In this document: one piece after another, positions 23,270 through 35,834 of the stretch
Layout of the letters: every line of letters begins with the position of its first letter
How positions within the stretch are numbered: the first letter of the stretch is position 1
DNA from: Zygnema circumcarinatum SAG 698-1b
Taxonomy: Eukaryota > Plantae > Zygnematophyceae
Length of the DNA stretch: 64,000 bases
NCBI GenBank assembly: GCA_037447605.1
Contig: CM074816.1
Coordinates: forward strand, 1,392,525 to 1,456,524
Direction: 5' to 3'
The notes under the pieces: model-generated
The model's database searches: none
What the model saw: the letters and a program-made list of their open reading frames with translations, nothing else
Told to the model about the DNA's origin: nothing
Made by a program: the position numbers and the translations under genes

Positions 23270-25259
23270 AGTTGTGTTGGTAACCCTAAACGTGTGAAGA
23301 CCATAGCAATTCAATGTTCTCATTCTTTTGAGCACTTCAGGAGTTACAGTAGAATGCATAGTGAAGACGGAGGTCTAGTATGGTTCTAACATGGGCATGC
23401 ATGTGAACATGCATGCATGCATGTATGCACCATTCTCAATGTTGGGCTAAATTTTCTATCGGAAGCATTTGCGAACTGTGCTGCTAGTCAGTCTGGCGTG
23501 TAGCACGTCCTTGGGTGAATCGCGCGTAAATCTGCACCGTCCAATCGGGTCGTCCTTATAGAGACCGATCGCAGCCGTTAAATGGGCTCCCGTTCAGACT
23601 TCCACAGTCAATCTGAGCCGTTCGCTTTAGTGACTGCAAGATCGCCGGCGGCGCTTATCGTTCAATGATGTTGGAGGGAGCAAATGAATCTCCCTCCAAC
23701 CCTAAAACCCTAAACCCCGAAATTACTAAGACCTAGACTCTCGTGTGTATCCCTGCAATCCTTGAACATTCTTGGTGACCACAAACCTGAATATCCCATG
23801 CATCTGAACAGCCCTGTCACATTCAAACATGCCTGAACGTTGAATTATGCAAGGTGAAAAATGTTGTCGATAATACCTTCGATTTAGCGGTATGGGGGAT
23901 TGCGAATCTTCTTTCTGACCCAAGCGTTGGGCTCTTGGCGCCTGCTTACCTTTGGCAGCGCCGGGCGCCATGTCTGAGTACGTGCAAGTCATGACAGTGG
24001 AGCGGGATGAGGAGAAGGCTCCTACATGTATTGGTGAGAAGATCCGTTGAACTGCTGAATGAGCATAAAAATGCGAACTGCTCGTGATTCTTTGAAAGGA
24101 TTTCATGTTAAAGAGAAGTCAGCAACATGGCAGGCAAACTGTAGCCTGCCGCAGATCTCCGCAAGTATCATACAATTCAACAATGCAATAAAAACCTTTT
24201 TATTTTTGTTTGCCCTTGAATATTTTAGTTCTGTTCGTGAAGTCAGAAACGGATTGCAAAGCTTGAAAGGAGTCGCGCCCTTCCCGCTTCTCCGTCTAAT
24301 GCAGTTTCAAACTCTGGATATATTTAGGGTTGAAAATAAGCTCATTCGCGCCGACATCGAAAGGGAAAAAGAAAGCGGTGAGTGTCTTTGTCCTTCCCTT
24401 TCTTGTGTTTTACCTTTTTTTTTTTCTTGTCCAGCATTGGCCGAACATTCCCCTTGCCCCACCCCCCATTATTTGCTGAATAAAAGGCGCTTTGCCCTTC
24501 TCGCTGTGCTTGCAGCAAAACTCGGAGCAGAAGTCGAGTATCCAAAAACCAGTTTTCAAAAAGATCGTTAAAAGTTTCTTCTGTATTCGCAATGAGGAAC
24601 CACCGGAATGCTCTGATTCCATTTCACGTGCGGTAGGTTCTACCGCCGACGCCATGCAGGCACATGCAGCAATACCTTCACTGAGTGCTGCCAAGTTTCT
24701 TGGTCCACTTTGCTGTGCTTTTATGTTGCGCCTCTTCGCCTGGATTGTGAACTTAGCGAATCCTTTCCTTCTATGGGGTTTGGGAGAGGGGGAGAGAGGT
24801 AATGCTAGATTTTTTCTTCCTATGGAGGGTTCAGAGAGGAGCGGGAGAGAAAGAGAGAGAAACTTCTCCTCCTACGGGGGTGAGAGTGAGCGAGAGAAAA
24901 CAGATAGGAAGAGAGAGCGAGAAGAGAGAGAGGGATCCTTTCCTCCTATGGGGATTAGAGTGAGTAGGTTGAATGTCGGCACTTTCCTTCAGTGCTAATG
25001 CTTTATCTCTCTCTTTTTCCTTGTCTTTTTGAGATTTATTTACAGTTTCCGGCACGCTTCACTGAAAATCCTCTTGGTGCGTCTGCGTCTCCTTCTTTTT
25101 TTATTTTTTTCCTTTTATATCTTTCAGCTACGCTCCTATCACCTCCTGAACTTTCTCAAAAAAATTTTCACTTTTTTGTAAAGCAAGAACTAAGTGCCTA
25201 GTTAGAATTTAAAATAAACAAGTTTATAACTTTTTCTGTACCGTTTCCTCAAATTTCAG

Positions 25260-28200
25260 TAAAATCGACCGAAAAAAAATACACTCGTGCCCCCCCCCCT
25301 GTTCCCTTAAATTTAAATTGGTATTTGTCTCTGATGTTGATATCGATACAGCCGGCGAAGCCGCGGACGACAAAAATGGTAACGTGGAACTGTCTATCAC
25401 CATTCGAATCTCGGCGGAGAAACTGAAATTTATCAAATTAGGGAAGGGGGGGGATTCGGCGCTTCAAATGGCGCGCGAGTTTTGTTTGGAACATGATTTG
25501 AGTAATTCCGTTTTGATGGCGGTGACCAATCACATCAGGGCGGAGCTTTCTACAGTCAGGTAGAAAAAAGTTTGAAAACGAAAAAAGTGAATGGATGGAA
25601 GACTGTTGAGAGAGAGGAAAAGGGAGGGAAGGAAAACTGCGAATAGGAGTTCTCGATTAAACTGAACTTTTCTTCATTGGGGGAAGTGGAGTTACATGCC
25701 ACCCTTTTTATTGACATGTAAGAGCAGATTGAGATTTTTTAATGTAGAATTATTCTGCATCTTGGTGTGCAGAGTGGAGCTAAACCAAGGAGCAGCAGAG
25801 AGCGTAAAGAAACGAGTGGCGGATAAAGGTGAGCGCAGGATGCAGGAGGCATTTGCTATGGATTTTGTGGTGCGTTCGTGGAGGGAGGGAGGGAGGGAGG
25901 GAGGTGAGCAGCATCAAGAAGGGTTGAATGAGAGAAGCTGAGGGCAGTCAGAGGGGGGGAAGGAAAGATGTAAGAGAGGGAGGCTGAATGTAATATATGG
26001 GGGTGGAAATTGAGAGATAGATGGGGGTGTTCTGGAAGGGCGAGAGAGAGAGAGAGAGAGCGAGAGTGAGAGCGAGAGAGCGCAAGAGCGAGAGGAGAGA
26101 GAGAGAGTATATAGGTACTTCCTACTATGCGAAAGATTAAAATATTTAACTTGAAACCTCTCTCTTTTTCTCTCTCTCTCTCTCTCTCCCTCCCAGATTC
26201 ACGTGGTGACCGAAACGGCGCAGAAAAACGGAATTCTGCGCCTCTTCATGTGAACCCTCCGTTGGAACTGAGAACGGAACAGTCCCAGAACACGGAACCA
26301 ATCCCAACGGAGGAACGGAGGAATGGAAAGCATGTGAACTTTGAGACGCCTTCTGCAGCCCCAAACCCCTCTATCTTATTTAACCCTAATAGTTCGAATC
26401 TTCCTGACTTGTTACACGACTCGTACGGACTAAATTTGATGAGAGAATCGAGGCAACGTCTGCAACAGGAGAAAAAAATTAAGGATTTAAAGAACCACGT
26501 GGAGGAGCATGATTGGACGAAAAAGATGGTACCAAATGGGGTAAAGAAGAATCCAAGAGATGGAGGTGCATCAAAGAAATTATTTTCCGAAGCAGCCGAT
26601 TCGAGCAAATTATCGAAATTGGTTGGATTAAAAGAAGGGGAAATTTTGAGTCGTCTTGAAAACGGCGATCATTGTACCCCATTTGTACCCGATTTAAGCG
26701 TCCCGAAAGGAAAAAAGACGGTGAGACTTTTTGAGTAATTTCCCAATCAATACGGTTCGTGAATTTGTGAATTTTTTAAATTGATTGCCATTCTTTCCAT
26801 TTAGGAAAAGAAAAAAATTATTAGATTCTTTATCCAATATCCAAATTTTATCCAAATTTCAATGCAGGCGAGAGCCGGAAAAAAAGAAGTCCGAAAAGAA
26901 CGGTCAGCCCAAAAAGGAATAAATCGAATTAATCGACAGGCCAGGCCCCATCCGCCTCCTCTCAAGCCCTCGAATTTGAAACCTCAAATTCCAAATGAAC
27001 CTGCACAAATTTCTGCGCTTCCTATGAGGTATTTATAAAAAAACTATTCGAAAAACACGGGGGGGAGGGGGGTGGGGAGGGAGGGAGAAATAATATACAA
27101 TATATAGAAAATTGAGCATCCTCTCCTCTTTCTTCATTATGATATATAATTGTAGTTTATTCATCAGTATCCTCTCCCCCTTCCCATCTCTTTCCTTTCA
27201 ATGAAAATTCTCAAAGGAACATGTGACGGATGCATACTCATCGTTTTTTTTTTATACATCATTTGATACTAAGCAGAGAAGTCATCCGCAACAATGGCAG
27301 CCATTTCCTCCTTATCCCTCCTCTCCCTCTCTCCCTCCTTCCATTCCGCTCTTCCACTAGCCCACTTCTGCCGTTTCTCCTCTCCCTCCCACTCTCTTTT
27401 CCCTCTTTCCTTTCGTCCCTCCCTCCATTCCACTAGCCCACCTCTCCCGTCTCTTCTCGCTCCGTCTCTCCACTCCCACTCTCTTTCCACTTCCTCTCTC
27501 TCTCTTCTCTCCCTCTCCATCTATCCTCTCTCTCTCTTTCCTCTCTCCCCCCGTCAGGAATCACCGTTTCACCCTGCCTCTTGTGCGCAGAGTGGCGGCG
27601 CAAACAACGACGGGAGGGATTCCGCCCCCGGAGAGGAGAGAGGTGTGCTGCCCAGTGGAGAGAGGGAGAGGGAGGGGGAGGGGGAGAGGGAGAGGGAGGG
27701 AGGGAGGGGAGGGGGGAGGGAGGAGGGGGCAGGGGGGAGGGGCCAGGGGGCAAATAGAGATATCTCCACTTTCCACCCCTCCAAAAAGTTTCACATGTTA
27801 GTCAAGGCGAGTCGGAGTGTTTTATTTTTTCGTGTGGCTTCTACGTCTTTTTCTATGCTCTTTTTTTGGTTTTGCGTTGTTTTTTTATGGTACTTTATTG
27901 ACGTTCTTCTTGCACATGCTGGTCCCGTGAGAAGGGTTGTGCTTCAAACCCAGGAAACGGAAAACTACGCAACAGAAAAATAGCGGAACGGCCGCCATGG
28001 AAAGTGTCAGGGAGCCGCCCTCACTCACCCTCTCCTGCGGGTAGGGCCCCTCATAGCCCAAAACATGTAGAAATGTATTTTTTTTTTTCTGAAGTAATTT
28101 ATGACATTTTTGAACTATTGGAGTTCATTCTCAGGTCTAGATTTGGGCGAAGAAATTCAGAATCTTTTGGGAATATTCACATCACTTCCATGATGGGAAT

Positions 28201-29345
28201 GTTTTTCTCTTTTCAAAAGCAGCCGTATGAACTTCTGGGCTAATCTTATAAGCAGCTGTTTTTTCCTCTTTTCCTTTCGCTTTTAATATATATAAATTTT
28301 AATTTACATGTCTTTCGCATGTCTCTTTTCTGACTTTTAAAGGAATAGGAAGATGGAAGGAGCCTCCGACAAGACGTAGCACTGTTGAGGAGAACTCTTT
28401 CAAACCGGAGGCACAGAAAATGAACGATGTTGAAAGTACAAATTCGGTTGCAGAGGATGAACCTCCTCCAATTCAATATGAGGTACGAATTTACTTCAGA
28501 AGAAAGGAATGGGGAGGAGGTTCGGAGGAGGGGGGGAGAGGGGGGGAGAGGGGGGGGAGGGAGGAGGGCGAGGGGGGGGGAGAGGCGGGGAGAGACGGGG
28601 AGGAGGGTGAGAAGGGTGAGGGGTAGGAGGGGGGGAGGATAGCGGNNNNNNNNNNGGGTGAGAAGGGTGAGGGGTAGGAGGGGGGGAGGATAGCGGGAAG
28701 AGGGGAAGGAAGGGGACGAGGAGGAAGAGAAGAGGGGGAGGAGGGGGGGAGGAGTGGGGGAGGAGTGGGGGAAGAGGGGGAGGAGGGGGAAGAGAAGAGG
28801 AGGAGGAGGGGGAGGAAGCGGGAAGATGGAGAGAGAGGGGAGAAAGAGAGGGGGAGGAGAGGGGGGGAGAGGAGGAGAGAGGGGGAGGGAGGGGGAGAGA
28901 GGGGGAGAGAGGGGGAGAAAGGGGGTGAGAGGGGGAAAGGAGAGGGGGAGAGAGGGGGGAAGGAGAGGGAGAGGGGAGGAGGGGGGAGGATGGGGAGGAG
29001 AGGGGAGAAGAGGGGGGTGTGATGGGGGGAGAGGGGGAAGAGAGGGCGAGGAGGGGGAGGAGAGGATGAGGAGAGGGCGAGGAGGGAGGCGAAGAGGGAG
29101 GAGGTGGGGTGGAGGAGGGGGAGGGAGAAAGAAAGATGTGTAAAAGACAATAATGTTATATGTATGTACCTTAATATTTCGAAAGTAGACTCATCGAATT
29201 AGCAAAGGCAATGATTACCGTTGTGCAGACCATTCTTCCTCCAGAGCCTGTTCTGAAGTCCGAAGTCGACAAGACGAACGCGGTGAAGGAGGGCTTCACT
29301 CCGCACGTGCGCTCCCTTTTACGGAACATGTTGGCGGCCGGATAA
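25260..29345 (+). CDS. Unassigned multi-exon gene(s), module B copy 1
   Basis: Phase-compatible exons ~25260-25559, ~25773-25828, ~26197-26720, 26868-27028, and then 27558-27642, 28343-28482, 29229-29345 (ends FTPHVRSLLRNMLAAG*). The link between 27028 and 27558 is unresolved. The Ser-rich MAAISSLSLL... ORF at 27294 may start a second gene. Splice sites are conserved in copy 2. Confidence 0.5.
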
Positions 29346-29967
29346 CGCTCGACGGGACAGCACGGAGCGTGTTGGGGAACTGAGCGTGGAACTGAGCGCG
29401 CGTCCTTTTTGTGTTGTGAAGTTTGCGTTGTGGGTGGTTTGGTAACTGCGGGGCTTGGTCGCTGGAAACGAAAACGATCGGCGGAACTCTATAGGATTGT
29501 CTAAGTGTTACATCTATTGGTGGCAGGTTTTAGGGTTTTGAGGGTGTTCGGGTTTATCCTCTCTTTCTCTCCCTCTCTGTGCTCCCTCTGTCTCTCTTAT
29601 ATCTCTCTCTCTCTCTCTCTTTCTTTCTCTTTAACGCACACACTACACACAATTCAACGCAATGTGAGACCTCGTTGTACGTGAGGCCCTGTTGTCCTTT
29701 AGGTCCTTCGCGACCAGTTCCTCGTGGTTTCCCACCTTGATGTTGACCATGCACGTTTGATGGCATCATCGCCATCGTGAGATGAACGCTACAACACTTC
29801 TCGCGTTGGTACGGAGTTGCGAGTGCATGTTCTCCGCGTCCCCTCGTAATTCGCAGCCAAGCCAACAGTTGGTCCAATGGTTGCGTACGCTTTGGTCCGC
29901 GTGTCCAACCAAGAACGAGTACTCACCCGCACTCCCCGCACACATCCTTTTCTTAAAACTTCCATTA

Positions 29968-30243
29968 GGGGGAGTCAGACCTTGACCATCGCCTGCGGAA
30001 TTCAAAGATTCCCTCTGCGAAAAGGTGTTGATTTCGATTGCAGAATTCGGATCGGAAACCGCGGCCCCCCCGAACCTGTCTGTCCCGTCCGTACTTCGAA
30101 ATAGGTTACAAAAATGAGATACAGGCTCGGCGCCCGAGCTTGTCGAACGTCCACTTTTGGCGAAAAAGGCCTGCCGTACAACACGGAATTGGCCCGACGG
30201 GCTCGCGGAATTGGTTTGGCGATGGACAAGGTCTGACTCCCCC
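29968..30243. mobile_element. 276-bp MITE with ~26-bp TIRs and TA flanks (Tc1/mariner-like; PIF/Harbinger not excluded)
   Basis: Left end GGGGGAGTCAGACCTTGACCATCGCC and right end GGCGATGGACAAGGTCTGACTCCCCC (1 mismatch), each flanked by TA. The element is absent from the paralogous position near 43820. Confidence 0.8.
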
Positions 30244-30458
30244 TATTGTTGTGGAGCTGCTCTGGTTTGGGATGGCCGAAATTTTTTCAAGTCAGCTCTG
30301 ATTTGGTTTGGTTAGTCAGAATGTGGCGCTGCGAATGACTACTGACTTGGCTGTGGGCAGTGGACATGGATTGACATGCACAGTTGACGGCAACGGAACG
30401 GGGATTCCGTGTAGCCCTATCGATAAACAGCAGGTTTATCAACGGTTTATAAACGGCA

Positions 30459-30941
30459 GGCAGGTTTTACTTTTGCAAAACAAGAAAAATGATATCCCGT
30501 CACCTCATTTTGAATATCTCGTCCCCCTGAATTTTCTTTTGAGACAAAAAAATATCGGCCTGCCCGAATCCGCTCGGAGCGGAAGATCCATCCGCCACGA
30601 GATCGTTCGCGGTTGTCCGTCCTTGACACGTCTAGTGAATCGCAGCCGTCGATTCCCCCCCGATTCCCTCCCAGATCGGAGGGAATCGACGGATCTTCCG
30701 CTCCGAGCGGATTCGGGCAGGCCGATACGTTTTTGTCTCGGAAAAAAATTCAGGGGGACGAGATATTCGAAATTGGGTGACGCGGTATCATTTTCCTAGT
30801 TTTGCAAAAGTAAAATCTGCCGTGTATCTTATTCCAAAAAAGTGTGAAAAAAACTTTTTCCGTTTTTAAGCCTTTTTAAAATCTGCCCGGCCGGGAATGG
30901 CTGTTTCGATCCAAAAAAAAGGGGTGGATTTAACACTACCC
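30459..30941. mobile_element. Older, truncated long-TIR foldback element (left end lost)
   Basis: ~130-bp imperfect inverted repeat (30459-30590 vs 30690-30821). The right terminus ...GGATTTAACACTACCC matches the family at 48895-49729. Confidence 0.75.
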
Positions 30942-30949
30942 TTAGAAAA

Positions 30950-31906
30950 GGGTAGTGATATTTCCACCCCTTTTTTGGATCCAAACACCCCTTCCCGGCC
31001 GGGCAGATTTCAAAAGGGATTAAAAACGGAAAATGCTTTTTTCACAACTTTTTGGAATCGATACCCACCTTCTTCCGTCGGCTGATTTTATTTTTGCTAA
31101 TCAAGGAAAATGATACCCCGTCACTGCATTTAGAATACTGTATCCCGCCCACCTGAATTTCTTTTCACGCGTGCGGTCAATCGCAGCCGTCGATTCCCTC
31201 TCAGATCGCAACACGGCAGATCACTATTTGATCTGCAGCCGGGCTCGGTCACAGGGAATGGCACGTGCCCACGTATCCCGGCAAAGTCGCCTCAAACGTT
31301 TGTCCGTACAAATGTCGTACGATCGCAACTTTGAGGAACCCAAAATTTCGTACATTCAGAGCTTGGACCAATCAAAAATTTCCACGTAAAAAATGTAAGA
31401 CGTGGCAGATGTTGATTGGCTGGAAGCTAACAATGACGAGATCTCGGGCCGAGGGACGCGTGCACTCGCACGTGCGATTCGGCTTTGACGGGACTCGTGG
31501 GCGCTTTCCATTCGCTAAGATCGAGCCCGGCTGCAGATCGAACGGTGACCTGCAGTGATGCGATCTGCGAGGGAATCGACAGCTGCGATTGACACACACG
31601 TGTGAAGGACGGACACCCGCAACCGATCTCGTGGCGGACGGATCTTCCACTTCGAGCGGATTCGGGCTGGCAGATATTTCTTTCCCTCAACAAAAAAATT
31701 CAGGGAGGCGGGATACAGTATTCAAAATGAGGTGACGGGGTATCATTTTCCTTGGTTAGCAAAAATAAAATCAGCCGACGGAAGAAGGTGGGTATCGATT
31801 CCAAAAAGGTGTGAAAAAAGCATTTTCCGTTTTTAATCCCTTTTGAAATCTGCCCGGCCGGGAAGGGGTGTTTGGATCCAAAAAAGGGGTGGAAATATCA
31901 CTACCC
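30950..31906. mobile_element. 957-bp non-autonomous MULE-like foldback element with an 8-bp TSD (TTAGAAAA)
   Basis: Termini GGGTAGTGATATTTCCACCCC.../...GGGGTGGAAATATCACTACCC. The outer TIR is near-identical over more than 150 bp, with further nested inverted segments. TTAGAAAA occurs at 30942-30949 and 31907-31914. MULE assignment rests on long G-initiated TIRs and an 8-9-bp AT-rich TSD. Confidence 0.85.
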
Positions 31907-32209
31907 TTAGAAAAATAAACTATCTTTTTGCGTAGGACCCACGACAACCCATTTCAGCCAGGAAAATCGCTATCGACAAAAAACCAGAATCTATCCTCCA
32001 CCGTCCAATCGGTCAATCGACGTCAAACCATCAAATCCAACGGCCACGCCTGCCCAATCGACGTTGTCCGTACATCCAAATTTCTTTTACCACCGCAAAC
32101 AAAAGCGTCAAAGTCAAACCAATTTCAATCCCTCCCGCCCTCCGTATTACCCCCGGCCCGCCCCTCCATCGGTCGTTCCCGCGCCCTTCCCCTCCTCTTG
32201 GCCCTGGCC

Positions 32210-35200
32210 ATGGCTGCCCGCCTGCCCCCCTCCCGCCCTGCGCGGCCGCCTCCTGCACGACATGGCCGCCCGCGGCCCGCCATCGAAACTCTGGCCGTGG
32301 GAGGGCTGGCGGCAGGCCTGGTTTACGCCATTTCCTTCCTGGCCCTCCTCGCGCCTTCCGCAGCCGCCCAGGTCTGGCACCAGAACGTCTCCTTCGGCAT
32401 GGCAACCGATGCCATGGGTACCTCCGAGTTCGCCTCTCAGGTATCCCTTCCCGTTCCCTCCCTCCCTCCCTCCCTCTCCTCCCTCTCCCCCTCCCTCCCT
32501 TCCCTCCCAACCACCCCGTAACGCACTCCCTCCCGCACTCTCCTCCCTCTCTGCCCTCCCTCCCTCCCCCCCTCCCACCCCTCCCTCCCTACCACCCCGT
32601 AACGCACTCCCTCCCTCCCTTTTTTTCCTCTCTGCCCTCCCTCCCTCCCTCTCCTCCCTCTCCTCCCTTTCTGCCCTCCCTCCCTTCCCCCNNNNNNNNN
32701 NTCGGGATTTGGGAGGTTTGAAAAACTTAGGTCTGTTTGAGAATCTTAGGGTTTGAGGGTCGGCAGGTGTTAACGTTTTCGAAGTTTCTGAAAAATTGTG
32801 CGATTTTCCGGATTTTAGGGTTATTGTACTTCGTGGGAGCCTGTTTAGGGCCTTTTGGAAATTGGGCCGTGCAGGTTTCTTGCAGTTTATGCGTTTGGGG
32901 GTCTTGCAATGTTCCTCTTTATCAGGGTTGACGTATTGCAGGGCTTCTGGGTTACATCCACATTAAGGGTTCTCGAAAGTTGGTCATTGTCTTAGTCAAA
33001 TTTGGTCAAAATCAGGTCAGATTTTGTCTCTTTTGTTCCTTTCTTGGTTTCTCTGACATTTTCTTCCACCTTCGCTTTCCTTTCTTAATACTGTCATTTC
33101 AGCATTCCCTCTCGATAAAGTCACTCGGCCTCCTATACCGAGTTCCCAAAGGAGACGGTTCGTATCTTGAATCGTGCCACGTGGGCTGCCGTACAACCCC
33201 CCCCCCGCCCTGCCCCAGCTGCCGCGGCGGGGACCTTCCGTTAACCGTTGGGGCTGACGGACTGCAGCAAACGGAAGATCCATGTCCGTTACAGTTCAAG
33301 CTTCGCTATGACCTGGTACTTCCTTGTTCAGAATTTTCAAATTTTCCAGTAAATGTCGCATATTTGAAGCAAAAAAAAATATTATGGAAGGGTACAAATG
33401 GGGTGTAAGTCATCCACTCTCGGCTGTAGGTTGAGATTCTATGCCTGAGTCTAACTAACACAGAAGAAATCCCGAATTTGAAACCTTTAAAATCGTCGTA
33501 TAATATTAACCCTAAATTCTGAAACTTAGGAAACCCTATTTCGCCAAAGTCTTGCTATCGAAATTTCTCGAAGTCTGGAAGGCCTACAGACTGTACCTTT
33601 CTTTATCAACTTTGAATACTCAAAAATACCCTAAAAATAAAACTCCTGATTTCTGAATGGTTTCCTTCAAAAAACTAGTGTTAATTGTACTTTAATTTCG
33701 CTTCTTTTCCCTGTCGTCTTTTGTGCTATTTTCAGATGCAAAGAAGTGCAAGTTCCGCCTCTTATCGTCCTCAGGATTCGGCAAGTAATTGGACAGGGCA
33801 GCTAATAGTAAAAACTTCATCTGGTGAAAAAAATATTAAGTGAGGTCATCTGAACTGAAGTTTTCTTGTGGGTCGATACTTTTTTTTCTCCTGAATACGT
33901 TATCGCCATTTCTTTGGTTTAAAAATTTTGATTTGTTCCGATGACGGGGCAGATACATGCGATTTAGTTACTGTTCCATTAAGTGCTGAGTTGGAACTCT
34001 ACTTTTGGATATTGCTACACTTCACAGAGCGGACGATGTGTCTACAATATTTCTTCATGACTTTATAATCACTTGACATTAGAACAGCTAACTTTATCAG
34101 TTAACTTTATTAACAATGTTTTTTTACTGAGTTGTTTGTGCCTGTTTTCTCCTTTTCTTTTCTGGTTTTGAAATTTTGGCAGCATTAAATCTTGCAATAC
34201 TGAATCTGCGGATTATGTCTTTACTCTCGACGAGGAGCTGAAGTACAGTGAGCGTCTCATCCCCCCACTTCCAAAGAGCGACGGAAGGAAAGGGTGAGAG
34301 AGTGGGAGAGAGAGAGAGGGGGTAAGAGAGAGAAAGGGAGAGAGAGATAGAGGAAGGGAGAGGGGGAGGGAGGTGGGAGGAGGAAGAGACATTGTTTTGT
34401 AGATTTACTGCGTTCCAGTTTTGACGTTATTTTACTCATCTGGTTTCTATGTGGTGCATTTCCGTTGTCCGTTGTCAGGCTGTGCGGCGGCGACCAACGA
34501 TCACAGTTCTAGTTCGCTTTACAACTTTATGAAATGGCTCTATCCGCAGGATTTCAATCAGATTAATCACCTTTACATGCAGGTCAGCGTGGGACGGAGA
34601 TTCCGTCAAATGAAACAGTCATTCCGTAAAGCACAAACACATCATCATCATCATCATCCTTTTCACAGCACAACTCTGAGCATAGCCTTACAACTTCACA
34701 CACCTCGCCTGACTAGAATCAGTACGGTCCCAAAAGCCAAAGATGGTGAATTGCAGAAACGGAACTGAGCAAGCCCAGAGGTTAACTCTTCAGTGGCAGG
34801 AATCGTAAATGAGTAAACCTTGTTGACAACCTGCACCTTGCCCTCGACCCCTCCCCTCCTTTCTCCCCCCTCCCCCCTCCCCCCTCCCCCCCTGCTCCCC
34901 ATCCTCCCTCCCCCCTCCCCTTTTCCCCCATCCCGCATTCCCCCCTCCCCCCTCCCCCCTCCACCCCCGTCCCCCTCCCCCCTCCCTCCTTCCCCCTGGT
35001 CCCCACCGCCCCTCCCTCCCATCTGTCCCCCTCCCTCCCTCACCCTCCCTCACTCTCCTTGCAGGTCGACTCTATTGACAGAGTCAGTCAGTCCCTGACC
35101 TCTCCCTCCCTCTCGGAGCCTGCGACTTCCGGCATCCACAGCAGCTCGAGTATGACTTTTGGATATGGACCCTCCTTGTCGTCTGCAGATGGGGGCTCTT

Positions 35201-35803
35201 TGAATATACTTTGTGAAGAGAGAGAGGCGAGAGAGGGTGAGCAAGAGGAAGAGGCCTTCCTCCCGCGCGGAAACGTAAAGAAGGGCTGCTTTCCGTCCAA
35301 TTTCTGGCTGTTTCCGCAGCCGTTCCGTAAAACTGTGAGCAAACTGAACGGCACAGGGAAACCCGGGCCGGAAGGAGAGGCAACGGGGAGGGTTGCCGTC
35401 GTTCTTGACGTGTCCGTAGACGGGTGGAGGTGCGTGTATCCTCAAAAAAAAGTTTAATGTTTTAATTCTTTAAGAGGTTAAAATGTGCAATTGGGGCTTT
35501 TTGAAATGTCTTCGGAATTGTCTTTCTTTGCTTTCTTTTTCCTTTCTCTGTTGATATTTTAACTGTTTCTGTTTTGGGTTGCAGCCCGTCGTCAAGTTCG
35601 ATTGTCTTCGAGGGACATTACGACAAAGAGTTTGGTATTTTCTGCGGAATGGGATGTTTCCAGGCGAAACAATTTGAAAATGTAATTTTTCGCCCTTCCC
35701 AGATTTTTAAACATATTTGTTTGTACTGAATATTGAACACTTCCTGGGTCTTATCAGTAAAGGAAAATCAGTGGTACTCCATCACAAAATATTTTACACT
35801 CTT

Positions 35804-35834
<31 letters not shown>

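Noticed and set aside
23930-24400. MSEYVQVMTVERDEEK... ORF (also at 38344 and 40174) as an enzyme gene
   Set aside because: Frames are not conserved between copies beyond ~25 codons and no family was recognised; possibly a gene fragment but not supportable.
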